Source of the DNA: Lingula anatina | Taxonomy: Eukaryota > Animalia > Brachiopoda | DNA length: 64,000 nt | Direction of reading: 5' to 3' | NCBI GenBank assembly: GCA_051362555.1 | Contig: CM120645.1 | Span: 4,278,001 to 4,342,000 of the forward strand | Shown: positions 33,810-63,247 of the stretch, in pieces | Layout: every line of letters starts with the position of its first letter | Numbering within the stretch: the stretch's first letter is position 1 | Program-made: the position numbers and the translations under genes | The notes under the pieces: generated by a model | Database searches by the model: none | Told to the model about the DNA's origin: nothing | The model's input: only the letters and a program-made list of their open reading frames with translations

Positions 33810-36189
33810 ACAATAAAGAATATAGATGTCGACAGTAAGTACTGGAGGGCTTTGTCAATTTCTCCATTTTATTTATTTCAAAAACAGACAGCAGACAGAC
33901 AGCAACCCCCATAATCAAAATATGCCAGTAGTATTTGATAAAGTGCTTTGTGTTACTAGGTTAAAATCTTGGGTTAATAGAAAGCCAGATAGCAGCAGAA
34001 CCGGGAGAAATTTTGTTCGACTTTTATGCTAATGTCATATTTAAAAGATTGTGAATTCCACAAAAAAGAAGAAAAAAAGGTGCTTTCCATCAGACATGTA
34101 CTAAACAGATTTTTGAAGCCCTACCATTTTCCATGCCATGTGATGGATTTTAAGTTGGTTGGCGCTGACGATGTCTTTAAAGCGTTGCTTAGGAAAATAG
34201 GTAAGGTGAATGTTGTACACAAACAAGATATGAAAGTAGAGAATTGACAAAAACTTGATTACCATACAACTGTATTCAATGCAACATTCCACAAGGACTT
34301 GTGAATAAAACATTTTTGAGTTAATGATATAGGATCATGATATAACCATGATGTACCTTCATATTAAAGGTAGTTTGGTATGAAGTGCAGAGTAATACAA
34401 AAATCCAAGCATATAATACTATTGGGTGTAGATAGTAAGTGGTTCGGGGGATAACATATAGGACAGGAAAGGCACTAACTAGCGACATCATGTTGCGGGA
34501 GTTTACTCCAGTGTTGTCTTGCAGGTAGCTGCTTTGCAGGTTTCAAAACCAATCTCTACGCGATAATAATGATCAAGCAATGACAACAGAAGTAATCACA
34601 CATTTTCTGATCACTTTGTACAAAACATAAAATAAGTGGCTCGAAGAAAAGGATCCTATTAGTTGTTGGGACTGTGTACAATTCGAACAATCAAGTTTAA
34701 AGCCTGAGGCAAATTAACATATTGCATCTTTGAATAAGAGATTACCAACAGAATAAAAGAGAATGAATAAAATAATCAATATAAAATCAAAAAATTTTGA
34801 CAGTTCAGCATCAAATTTAGAGATATTTTCCACCAATAATTATTTTAAAATGTGCTTTATTGAAAAATGGGTATTAGCAAAGGTACCCGTAACATGCTTA
34901 GCCCATACTGTATTGAAATTTAGCATTGGCAATTTACCATATACTGTATAACTAGAGAACAATTTGTTGTTTCCAAAAATGGTAGAACAGTTAAACAAGA
35001 CATGAGCTTTGCCTCCAATACTGTTTCTTGTCACTGTGCCATATTGTTCAAGAGGGACTCTGCACTATTTGTTTAATAAGTTTGTACATGCCTCTTTATA
35101 TGTGGGCTGCCTTCAATAACATTTATTCCTTTTTGTTTGAAATGGTATTAGAATGCGTTGAGAGAAAGTTACGCTTATGGCTGGTAGAATTCTTTATAAA
35201 TGGGGGCGTTCAAATTTTTCATACACAAGTCTATTGGCAGTTTCGTTTGCTCATTTTTTCTTCTTTTTTTTCTTCTTCTTTTTCTTACGGGCCTGTCCCT
35301 TCTCAGATGTCTCCACAGCGGGTTAAACGTCTCCACTCACACCGGTCCTACGCACGGTCATCTCATTATACTAGTACTACCCTCTCTTTTTAAACAATCA
35401 GTCGAGGCTTTATCTTGTACTCTGTTTTAAAAGCTCTCTCAGAAGGAAAGGATTTTTTGGACTAAAAAATCGTCGTCATCTTCTTAAGGAATCGACGTGT
35501 ACAAAACTCCACGTTTCTTTTCTAGTTATTCAGATTTTTCATTTTATTTTGAAAACAAAACGTCCCTGTTTGTGAACATTTCGGTTCGCGGACGGTGTCA
35601 AGCAACGAAAGGAGTTCGCGACCCGAGCTTCGGCTGTGCTTTGCATTTGGGAACGAAAACTGTTCTTTGCAAGCAAAGGATCACAATTCTACCTATCATA
35701 TACGGCGTGGCCTAAAACGGTGATAACTTCATACCATATTCATGCTAGCAAATACTGTAGTTTCTTAAAAATCTATTACGAGCTCAGGGGCAGATTTTGG
35801 CCGTCTTCTGGGTCTTCCGGAAGACGGTCAGATTTTCAAGTTTACATTGACAGGTATTTAATTTTTTCTGTTGGAAGACGGTCAAAATTGGAGGATGAAT
35901 CAACAAAGATAATTTGGAAGACTGTCAGTAAATAGCTCTGGATCCGCCACTTTCTTGAAAACAATTTTAGTTGCATGCAGTGTGAATTTTCAAAAAGCGA
36001 TACACACCTATAGTCTATATTGATTAGTTTTATTCCTAATCAACACCTCGTAATCCATTGTAAAGTTGTTAACGTTGTTGCAAATTAGAAATATCCTATC
36101 GAGATGAAAAACTGCATCATTCTTAAATTGCCGTACTGTCACGGTCAAAGACCCAGAAGTAAGTTAAGTATAAAAACCTACCTGAGCAT
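29812..36189 (-). CDS. Small secreted cysteine-rich protein (180 aa) with two modules resembling the PCSK9 C-terminal CHRD / resistin fold
   Basis: Phase-consistent exons 36182-36189, 32186-32259, 31523-31713, 30881-31017, 30165-30292, 29812-29816 (543 nt). Protein: MLSRVQMVTRVMLLPLILAALGLQAVDG-ETATFLGHISRNKDDYPSFVSCPTGYIGIRCACSNDSDVCDGAHFDSNGGCTAFNTLNKPGIRAQVTCESLGSVINTVSVASTSKGWSNNPVASCPSGSHLIDCNFHYPWIQFETNRIFNINSDAQNGQCSLDRTCAHGGGCRVYAFCIFFA. Signal peptide, 12 Cys, AATAAA at 29582-29577. The first and last tiny exons are less certain. Confidence 0.75.
33503..33566 (+). repeat. 30-bp tandem duplication
   Basis: TCTAGC(A/G)CAGCACAATTGCTTGCTGTCACA occurs twice in tandem. Confidence 0.85.
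35785..35951. mobile_element. Short dispersed element (CAGGGG start); inverted copy at about 39087-39252
   Basis: Shared reverse-complement blocks GATAATTTGGAAGACTGTCAG / CTGACAGTCTTCCAAATTATC and TCTTCTGGGTCT / AGACCCAGAAGA. Confidence 0.6.
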
Positions 36190-37465
36190 CTTGCTTCTCG
36201 TTCACGTTGCTGAAGAACGTCTGGTGCTCTGCTCCAAATCTGAGGAGTGCGCTGCGGCTACAGATTTCGTGATGTTTTAAAGACCAGCTCACCCAGGAGG
36301 GGGAGCACATAGAGAAAGCTGGGTACATACTCTCTAAAATGGTCTTAATATTTGACTCCTGAGTGTGATCTTCTTAATGACATTTTATTTCTGTTCAAAT
36401 CGCAAAATCTTTTTAGTTGCAGGGCAACTCGTTAACGCAGTTTCCCCTCAAAAATATCACTTTACTTACTTTCTTTCCTTCAGTGATTTCTACCCAACCT
36501 AATCAGAGTTGCCCCTCCGGGAGTGACTCATTGGTTTTTGATAGGCAGACGTTATAGGGGTGCTTTCAACTGCTGTAGTTTCGATCCATTAAAAGTACCC
36601 TCATACAAATTAATTTGAGGTAGATTGGTTGTGTTGCCCCCGACTTTGATTCCTTGTTTTGAACTGTACCAGATGGTTGAAAGAAAAAAGACCAGGTTAA
36701 ATTCATTTGTTTATGTATTTTCTTTTAAATGTACAGTATGTGTCATCTAGAGAGCATTGATTCATTCACATTTTTTGTGCCACCTAGTCTTTTTTATTGA
36801 TAAGTTGTGTCCAGGAATGTGGTGTTACACACGATTAGGCCATCTTCCCCCACTGTTTCATTCAAGTTACTTTTATCTATCATTGGGGCTCCAAGGCGTA
36901 AGTTCATTGCCTTCTTTACGTTTTACACAACATTTAGATTATACTTAGGTTATATTTAGTTTTTATTTGTACGTATATGTTCCTATAGAAACAGTTAAAG
37001 TGCTGTGGCATTTCTGCCCATGCTTTCAAAATGTAGGTCATACATTGTTTTACCGTATGGTAGTTAAATTTCGCGCACAACATATTTATGTTTTTGTCAT
37101 TATTTGGTTATCTTTAAATACTTTATTTGTTAATTCATGCTCCTTTGTAGCATTTATAGATAGATATTTTTGCAACATCCTTAGTATTTTCTCTTCTATT
37201 TTTTTACGGTGATGTATAATAAAGATAGCTTACATCAATACCGTTGTAAGCTGTCATTCCTCTGCGTCTAATCGGAAGTGGCAGTACATTGGTTCTTGCA
37301 TAATTTGACGCATTGCATATTTTCTGCGCATCGCCGATCGTTTCCAATGTCGCAGTAGTCAAAGTGAACATTTTGAATCATCCAGTTTAGAAGGCTTGTC
37401 TAGAAGTATTATACTGAGATAAACAGAAAACTATATCTAATACTGGATCTTATGTTGAAGCGGAG

Positions 37466-37670
37466 ATCACGACGTTTCGATCTTATCTCAAGGTTTTCTT
37501 CAGGTGAACTGATTTATAATTGTCACTGTGGAGTGAAAGGAGTCATTCGTGAGCAGATTAAGAACGACCCCATCCTCATCAAACTCGGTGGCCTGAGATA
37601 CCTACTACCACATCTGTGGAACAGGGCTGGTGACAATTCAAAATCAGTTCACCTGAAGAGGACCTTGCGA
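37466..37670 (+). mobile_element. Penelope-like retroelement relic: GIY-YIG C-terminal remnant flanked by inverted pseudo-LTR fragments
   Basis: Peptide GVKGVIREQIKNDPILIKLGGLRYLLPHLW resembles the PLE endonuclease end (xKEAIxI...PxLNRDGGxxYxLPxxW). 37488-37527 is the inverted copy of 37630-37668. Confidence 0.65.
37467..37507 (-). ncRNA. Degenerate minimal type I hammerhead ribozyme (PLE-associated)
   Basis: Minus strand reads TCAC-CTGAAGA-A-AACCTT-GAGAT-AAGATC-GAAA-CG-TC-GTGA: CUGAnGA and GAAA boxes, stem I TCAC/GTGA, GUC cleavage triplet. Stem II has two mismatches. Confidence 0.55.
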
Positions 37671-39428
37671 CAGTCACCCCCCCCTTTTTTTGGTTGGTTT
37701 AGGTGACATAGGTTATGATATTGACCTTTTTTTACGAAATGCTGTTTGTAAACAATTTGAACAACACTTCAATCTAGTTAAATTTTGGGTCAAATCTTAT
37801 CGTCTTGTGGGATTGAAACGTGCTTCGGAATTGAAATATATGACATTTAGAGGGGGAGAGCTCAGAAATGATATTATTTTAAACTTTTTTTAAAAATTAT
37901 TATTTATTTACGTATTTGTAACTATGGCAACAGCTGAGTCAGTCACACCCATCACCAATTTTATAAAAAACAAGCAGAAAGTTACAACGTAGGGCCAAGG
38001 TGTTGTTCCCCTGCGTATGTCATACTCTTATAAGAGGGGCATGTCATCCTTATGCCTGGTAAAGCGTGTCCTTAGCTTATAGCGTATGCACAACGTATGT
38101 CTCCTACACTCGAATATGCTGCAATTTTTTTATCATTTTCAAAAATTTCTAACTACCTCTGTGTATGCGAACGTACACCAATGCTTACCTGAATGTGCAA
38201 AATGTACACGACAGAAGTGTAAGGAAGCCTTTGCATTTTTCTGCATACGTGTAAATTTCCTGATACATGTACTTTAGTGCTATAATGCTCAAGTTCGAAA
38301 ATCAGCCCGACTGGAAATTTTCCTTTAGTTTCTTTTTGTTTTTCTTGTTAGATTTTTGTTTCACAAATTGATATTTTCCAGGTGTGGATCTGAAGAAATG
38401 CTTTTTTGTGCCCCTGATGCTGTTTTCACATTTATGTCGGTTCATTTGGTTGTAAATATTGTTGCATGTCTTCTGGTGTTCGGTGTCTAGATGTTTGAAA
38501 GCAATGATGTCTGGTTCTAGTTGATACACATTTTCTTTGCAAATTCTCAAAAACTGAAGTTTTGACATTTCAATCATGTAAACACTCCTTTCAGCAACAG
38601 AGATAAAGTACACCATAAATATGACTTCATAATTTTATTTACAATTTCAAATTCAGTATAACACAGTACACATTTCACACCACTGGGAGGAATGTACCTC
38701 TAATCTCCTGTGCATTTCAATATTATTTTGTAATTTCTCTACTTTCAAACAATTACATTGCTCAATTATTTTCAAATAATGTCACAAATAATTAAGTTTT
38801 TTTAAAAAAATAATAATAAAAAGAAACAACACTCTGTACATAACAACTAAAATGTAAAACAAACAAACAAACAAAAAAAAAGACACTTAGCATATTGAAT
38901 AAACCCATATTGTATTAGTAAATATAAATGAATAAAACTAATTGCAGACATTAACTTGTAGCATCCAAATCTATTCATCTGTCACAATAAGGCTTGAAAG
39001 GCAATCAAATCTATTCACCAACAGCTAATAAATACATCTGGTAAAATTCCCAAGGTGTTGTTTTAAAGATGGTGCTGAGCACAGTGCAGGGGTGGATCCA
39101 GAGATATTTTCTGACAGTCTTCCAAATTATCTTTCTTGACAGATCCTCTATTTTTGACCATTTTCTGACAGAAAAAATAGATACCCATCACTGTAAATCT
39201 GAAAATCTGACCATCTTCCAGTAGACCCAGAAGATGGCTGCAATCTGCCTCTGCAGTGTACCAAGTCACCAGGATATCACTGCCTGGAAATTATCAAAGT
39301 TGCCAGTCAATTATTATTTTTTTTTAATTACAGCACCATATATCTTGTGTACAGTAGCCTTACTTTTTGTTTCTTTTTCTATAGACCCATTATTTTCATG
39401 TTTTACCTCTAGTATCTATATAGTGGTA

Positions 39429-39900
39429 CACTACCCTCCACCAGGGCGAGTGATAGATTTTTTTACAGATATTCACAGATATGTCTCTAGCTAGATAGAT
39501 GGTCATTTAGGGCTCAACTCACCCTGTTGAGAAATCTCGAGGCTGATTACATGGCTGATAATTGTTTGCATAACTGCTCAGGCACTGCAACTTAGCAGGT
39601 CCAGTTTAAGTCTGCGTGACAGCAATCAAGACAGTTAATTACTCTGACTTCAATCACTTGCTCTACTGTGACAGATAAAAAAGCCTTAGACTGGTTGCGT
39701 AACGAGCAGTTATCACATCGTTGTGAAGCTCAGCTCATGCAGAGCAAGTACAAAGCCTTTGGCGCGCGTGCAGAGATAATTGTTTCCACATGGGATTCCT
39801 CAACAGGGTGAGTTGAGCTTTAAATGACCATCTATCTAGCTAGAGACATATCTGTGAATATCTGTAAAAAATCTATCACTCGCCCTGGTAGAGGGTAGTG
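39429..39900. mobile_element. CACTA/EnSpm-type MITE
   Basis: CACTA...TAGTG termini, about 100-bp near-perfect TIRs (39429-39531 and 39799-39900), 3-bp TSD GTA. Confidence 0.85.
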
Positions 39901-39919
39901 GTACACAATGAATTCACTA

Positions 39920-40090
39920 AGGGTGCATTCCCAGAGATTTAGATTGATCAACAGATTTAGATCTACCTACTCCCTGGGGGTTCACACTAAATTGCAGTCA
40001 GCCAAGCGTGCACCATAGTTTATTACCCCCTTACAGCTTTTAGTAGGTGGGACAGACACTTAAGCCGGCTAAGCTGACAGTAATCTATGA
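39920..40090. mobile_element. MITE-family fragment (inverted copy at about 51537-51754; related copies at about 40984-41206 and 59985-60213)
   Basis: CTCCCTGGGGGTTCAC, ATTACCCCCTTACAGCTT and CTGACAGTAATCTA have reverse complements at 51588-51707. 40984-41060 mirrors 60130-60213. Confidence 0.65.
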
Positions 40091-40127
40091 GACATTCTGA
40101 CCATTTCAGCACAAAACAAAACAAAAA

Positions 40128-40174
<47 letters not shown>

Positions 40175-40804
40175 AAATCTGAATCAGTAATCAAGTCTTT
40201 TCAAAAATAAGTTACCCTATAAAATATCATAAAAGAATAGTCAAATTTTGCTTGATAATCAATGATGGCTTTATCCATTTAATTTCTACTGGACAAATCT
40301 CTGTATCACTGCTACCACAAATTGCATCTCACTTACAATTTGAATATCACCTAGTTTTTACAACTTCCAACAAGAAAGGTGAAATTCACTGCACTTGATG
40401 GTCTAATTTCTCAGGGGCTACTATAACTTTTATTTTCCAGTTGCAAAAATGATGAGCTATACCTACTATTATGGCATTTTCAAAAATGACAAAACAAGTA
40501 AACATATATGCAACAGAGACATAAATAAGACATTGAAGTATGAAGCAACTACACATTATGTTCAACTTAATAGAAAAGAGGACCTATTTTATGCTAACAC
40601 TATACTGGGATATAAATAACATCACAAATGACAAACCATTTTGACAATTTTTCCATTCACGTTTTTCCTCTCAATATGGTAAAAGATTGCTGCAGTTCAA
40701 GTAATACCTATTTTAGTTTGAAGCACTTCTATAATATCTGCATCGGTTTTATCAACAGAACCTTAATGGTCAATTTCAAGTCTAACATTATTAATTTAGT
40801 GGTA

Positions 40805-41291
40805 AACAAGGCAGCAAAGCTGTCAAATGTACAGACAAAAAACAGAAAAAAAAGCGCAGGAAATAGGATACTGTCAATTTTGATGCATTAATGTATTATG
40901 CTTACTGTAACTGCATAGCCAACATCAAATTCTAATTGTGCATAACATTGAATTAGGATGAAAGTAAAATGTGTAACAAGCATTAGACTGAGTTCCCATA
41001 CCTAGATCAATCTAACAGGATCAATCCAGCTCCAAGGGGTTTCTCACTAAATTGCTTTCAGTTTAAGCGGCTTAGGATTCTGGCATGCCAGTTTCAGTAG
41101 GCGTGACAGACAGCTAAGCCACTTACATTGATTGCAATTTAGCGAGAATTCCCTTGGAGATACATCGATCCACAGTTAGCGTGATAGGGTCTGGAAATAG
41201 TCCCTAAGGCTTGAGGCTGATAAGAGTTAAACTTTGGAAATGCCAGAATGAGATAAAGAGAAAATTTCTTAAACTCATTGCTTAAACTCAA

Positions 41292-41371
<80 letters not shown>

Positions 41372-44300
41372 CATACTTGTAAGTTAAAAAAATACAGAAA
41401 GTGTTACAAAGTTACAGTACAGGGCTCCTGGTGGATGGGAGTGATAAGTCACATCTTGAAAATGCCAGTTTGAAAAATTAAAAATTAAAGAAAAAATTAC
41501 AAAAAATATTCCACTAAAGCTGCCATTCAGTCTAGCTGCATAACCATGATATGAATCATCCAACTTCAGTTTAAACAGTGTAAACAAGTCACAGAAATAT
41601 AATATATTTTGTTTTACCACAAAAAGGGCAGTCATAGCTATTATTCTGATATCTGAACTTGTCATCAGACCATGTGACCTCCATAGGTGGCTATACTTTG
41701 TAATAATTTCTTAAGAGATTTTAACAAAAAAAAAAAACTTTTTAGAAAAAAAATTATTTGCCAAAAAAGAACAGTTATTATCCCTTTAACTGTAAAGTCA
41801 AGTTGCAAATATTGCACAACAGGTAGTATCAATAAAAGTGAACTGTTACATACCCTTTGGAGTTATAAGTCCCACACTGAAAATGCCAGTAGGTAAAAGA
41901 TAAAAATTTCAAAAATATATACAACAGAATAACATGGTCAATAAGATTACAGTTTCAGGACCATATGTGAGAGTTCAAATTCACATAATGAAAATCCCTA
42001 TATGTGAAAAATGATGACAGTGCATAAAATAATATTACACAATGTTTAAAGACATAAAAACCAGCACAACTGCTAATGTGGAAAAACAAAATACACAGCG
42101 CTTCTGGTGGATGACAGTTGAAAGTGTCATCTTGAAGATGCTAGTGTTTGAAAAAAAAAATTAAAAGAAAATGTAAAATAAAACATAACAAATAATACCA
42201 ATAAAGCTGCTATTCAAACTTTTAATCTAGCTGTACAATTACTAACATGATATGAATAACCCTATTGAGTTTGAGAATAATAAGGCACTGTTATTCATCT
42301 TTAGCATTAATGTAAGCGTTACACAAAATTTTTTTTGTAAACTTATTTTCAATATTAAATAACATTTACCTGCATAATAATCATCGATTCCTAATTATGT
42401 GACACAGTTAAGAGAGATAAACCTATGGGACTTTACAATGAAATCTCAATGTGTGTTTATGTAATCTCATTTAATGGCCACTTGAAAATTAATTAAGCAA
42501 ATTATTTTATAACCCTGAAATAACTTGAAAATTAATTAAGCAAATTACTTTATAACCCTGAAATAATTGCCTACTATCCATATACATTTACTGCACCAAA
42601 TAGCACTCTACTGCATTGCTTTCAAAACAGAAAACAATTACAATGGTTTTCCAACACAAGCTGCACTTCAGTCTTTTCAGTAAGGTTGATTATCATAAGT
42701 AACATGGTTTTCCCTTAATCGCTATCCTGGCAGCAGTGTCCAAAATAGGGTTTTCTTCAACTTTCATGCAATAAAACATAATACTTAACAGCATATTGAC
42801 CATCAATTTTTTTATAAAAAAATAAAAGTATCATGAATATTCAGAAAATGTGATTTGGGAAGGTCTTCAAGGCCATGGAAGTTCAGAGTCACACTTTCAA
42901 AATGCCAAAATGTAAACAAGAGATAACTGTACTGAAATGATTTTCTTTCCATTTTCAACACCTTTTTTAAAACAAAATAATCAATAAACTGTCATTTTTA
43001 AATGTTCAACTAGGAAAATTGTTGACATAAGAAAAATATCAATAGAACAATTTTCAATGTCCAATTTGCTCCATTTGCAGATGCTGAACATAGTGAATGA
43101 TTAAATCTGACAAACTGCAATGATGAGTTCCTTTCCATTTATGAAACTTTATTACACAATGCACAATAACAGGTTTACCGTCATTTTATATAATCAACTA
43201 ACAATATTGTTAAGAAGCAGAAAATGTCAAAACAACACTTTTACATATCTTATTAGTTACATAATGAGACTGTTAACATGCCCAAGAATTAAATCTGAAG
43301 AAATAACAATTATATACAAAAATACAGAAAATGCACAGCACTTCTGGTGGATGGGAGTTAAAAATCACATCTAGAGGATGCTAGTGTTTGAAAAATAATT
43401 TAAAAAATTTTTAAATAAAACGAAAAAATTTCCAATAAAGCTGCTATTCAAACTTTCAATCTAGCTGTATTAACTTGATATTAATAACCCCACCAAGTTT
43501 GAGAAAAATAAAGCACTGTTATTCATCTATAGCATGTTGGCATAACACATTTTTTTTGTTGTAAATTTATTTGCAATGTTAAACACCATTTATCTGCACA
43601 ATTATCACCAAATCCTAATTTTGTGACACAGTTAAGAGAGCTAAACCTATGGGACTTTACAGGGAAATCTCAAGGAGTGTTTTATGTAATCTCATTTAAT
43701 GGCCAATTGAAAATTAATGAGTAGGCAAGTGACTTTATAGACCTTAATTTAATTAGTGATCACCCATTCCTACAGTACCATCATATAGCACAAATGTGTT
43801 ATAGGTGTTGCATACATGCTGAAAAAAGTGAAAAAACAGCATTACTTCCCTAAAAATGACCCGAACATGCTGATTTTCAAACTTGACCTGCGTATTATAA
43901 ATATACATTTGTTCTGCAAGTTTCAAGCCAAAAGGTAAAATGGTTTTCCACTTATCATGTTATCAGTGTTGCATATATGCTGAAAAAAGTGAAAAACAGC
44001 ATAACTTCCCTAAAAATGACCCGATCATGCTGATTTTCAAACTTGACCTGCGTATTATGAATATTCATCAGTTCTGTAAGTTTGAAACTAAAAGGTAAAA
44101 TCGTTTTCCACTTATCGTGTTATCGGTGCTGCATATATGCTGAAAAAAGTGAAAAAACAGCATAACTACCCTGAAAATGACCTGATCATGCTGCTTTTCG
44201 AACTTGACCTGCGTAATATGAATATTCATTAGTTCTGCAAGTTTCAAGCCAAAAGGTAAAATGAATTTTAACTTATGTTATCAGTGTTGCATATATGCTG

Positions 44301-45424
44301 AAAAAAGTGAAAAACAGCATAACTTCCCTAAAAATGACCCCATCATGCTGATTTTCGAACTTGACCTGCCTATTATGAATATTCAGCAGTTCTGTAAGTT
44401 TCAAGGCAAAAGGTAAAATGGTTTTCCACTTATCGTGTTATCGGTGCTGCATATATGCTGAAACATGACAGCACTGTTCTGCAATGGGTTTTCTTCCATT
44501 TTTAAAACACTTTTTTAACATAAAACAAAATAAACAGTTTACTACCATTTGTATATGACCAACTAAGAAAATTGATGAGATGGGAAAAATATCAATAGAA
44601 CAGTGTTAAATGTCCAATTTCCTCCATTCTGAGATTCTGAAGAGAGTAGATGATTGAATCTGACAAACTGCAATGATATGAGTTTATTTCCATTTTTGAC
44701 ACTTTATTACACAATACACGATATCAAGTTTACCATCATTTTTTACAAAATCAACTAACAATGTCATAAAGATGCAGGAAATGTCAAACAAACACTTTTA
44801 CGTATCTTATTAGTTCAATAATGACACTGTTAACATGCCTAACAATTGAATCTGAGGAAATGTGAAAAAACAGCATAACTTCTAAAATAATGGCCTGATT
44901 ATGCTGATTTTGGAACTCAACCTGCGTTTTAGTAAGATTGACCACTCCTGTAAGTATAATGACAATTGGCCTATCTGTTTTTCTTATATTGTGTTATCAG
45001 TGCTGCATATATGTTGAAAAAAGTGAAAAAATAGCATAACTCCCCTAAAAATGGCTCGATCATGCTGATTTTCGAACTTGACCTGCGGATTATGAATATT
45101 CATCAGTTTTGTAAGTTTCAGGCCAAAAAGTAAAATGGTTTTCCACTTATCGTGTTATCGGTGCTGCATATATGCTGAAAAAAGTGAAAAAATGGCATAA
45201 CTTCCCTACAAGTCACCCGATCATGCTGATTTTCGAACTTGACCTGCGTATTATGAATATTCATCAATTCTGTAAGTTTCAAGCTGAAATAAAAAACAGT
45301 TTTCCACTTATCGTGTTATCGGTAAAAGTGCACGACGGCAAGGACGGCGACGACGGCGACGACGGCGACGACAGACGCAGATGATGGCTATATGTACAGA
45401 CACATCTGTGTCTGTACATAAAAA
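40805..45424 (+). mobile_element. Second non-autonomous Helentron-like element with an internal satellite array of about 160-bp units
   Basis: 5' end AACAAGGCAGCAAAGCTGTCAAATGTACAGACA. Units start at about 43806, 43967, 44127, 44285, 44445, 45001 and 45163. (GACGGC)n microsatellite, then 3' hairpin TATGTACAGACACA-TC-TGTGTCTGTACATA (45391-45420) followed by AAAA. Confidence 0.75.
41294..41368. repeat. (TA)n microsatellite
   Basis: Uninterrupted TA run. Confidence 0.95.
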
Positions 45425-46086
45425 GTAAATAGTTTCTTAATTAAGACACAAACACATTTTCTCTAGCTATGGGTCATGACATGTTGACCATACATCAAGT
45501 GGACTTGATCATGTGAAAAACTTGTCACTCTTATTTAAGTAATTTCATTACCATCACTTTAACTCATGAGCCAAGAAAAAAAAAAAACCCCTGAAATCAC
45601 GCAGTTCTTATTTAGTCTTACTAAAGTTAGTCTTGCTTTTTCCGGAATTAATCAGAGATAAAGTCATGTACTATTTTATCTAAGGTTTTGAACTCCCTAG
45701 ACACTGTAAAATACCTAGTTTTAGTTAATATCAGGCTTAATTCAACAACCATGAAGTGCATCCACCTTTCACACCTGCACCATATTGTCAGCTAGGAAAC
45801 TACTGTCTGAAATCAAGCCATTAGTGCTCCTTGTACCTCGTATCATATCACCTCACAGCTTGGCTTTTAATAAAATGGCCTCTCTTCTTTCGTGCTTATA
45901 ATTATAGTATAATTAAGACTATAGTTAGTTTATAGTCTGTAGTAGTCAATAACTTTTTTTTACGGGGGGTGGGGGGGGGGGGGGGGTTCTAGTTTGAACC
46001 CAGATATGGCTTCACTTGTTTAGTGCTTGTAATAAGTAAATGTTATCCCTGTAATCATCAATAGACTGATTTTCTCTAGACTGACA

Positions 46087-63103
<17,017 letters not shown>

Positions 63104-63150
63104 ATCCTTGAACGGTTCTTTTCTTTCGGACCTATCAACTCTTCTGCTTA

Positions 63151-63247
63151 GAAAAATGGCCGTTCTCACAAAACGGAAGTTTTGAAATGACCTTGAAGGG
63201 GTTTCACTTCCGGGTCATGCCGGTAGGTGCTCAAGAACTGATGACGT
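63151..63247 (-). promoter_or_regulatory. DNM1L housekeeping-type promoter motifs
   Basis: YY1-like AAAATGGC (63153-63160), ETS/GABP-like CGGAAGT (63174-63180) and ACTTCCGG (63206-63213), and CRE half-site TGACGT (63242-63247), all within 150 bp of the ATG. Confidence 0.5.

Noticed and set aside
34000-35260. Coding-looking stretch, possibly a decayed retroelement or organellar insertion
   Set aside because: I could not read any diagnostic reverse-transcriptase, transposase or mitochondrial motif; blastx would be needed.
38302-38616. 104-aa minus-strand ORF
   Set aside because: No recognisable domain and no convincing splice partners; cannot be supported as a gene.
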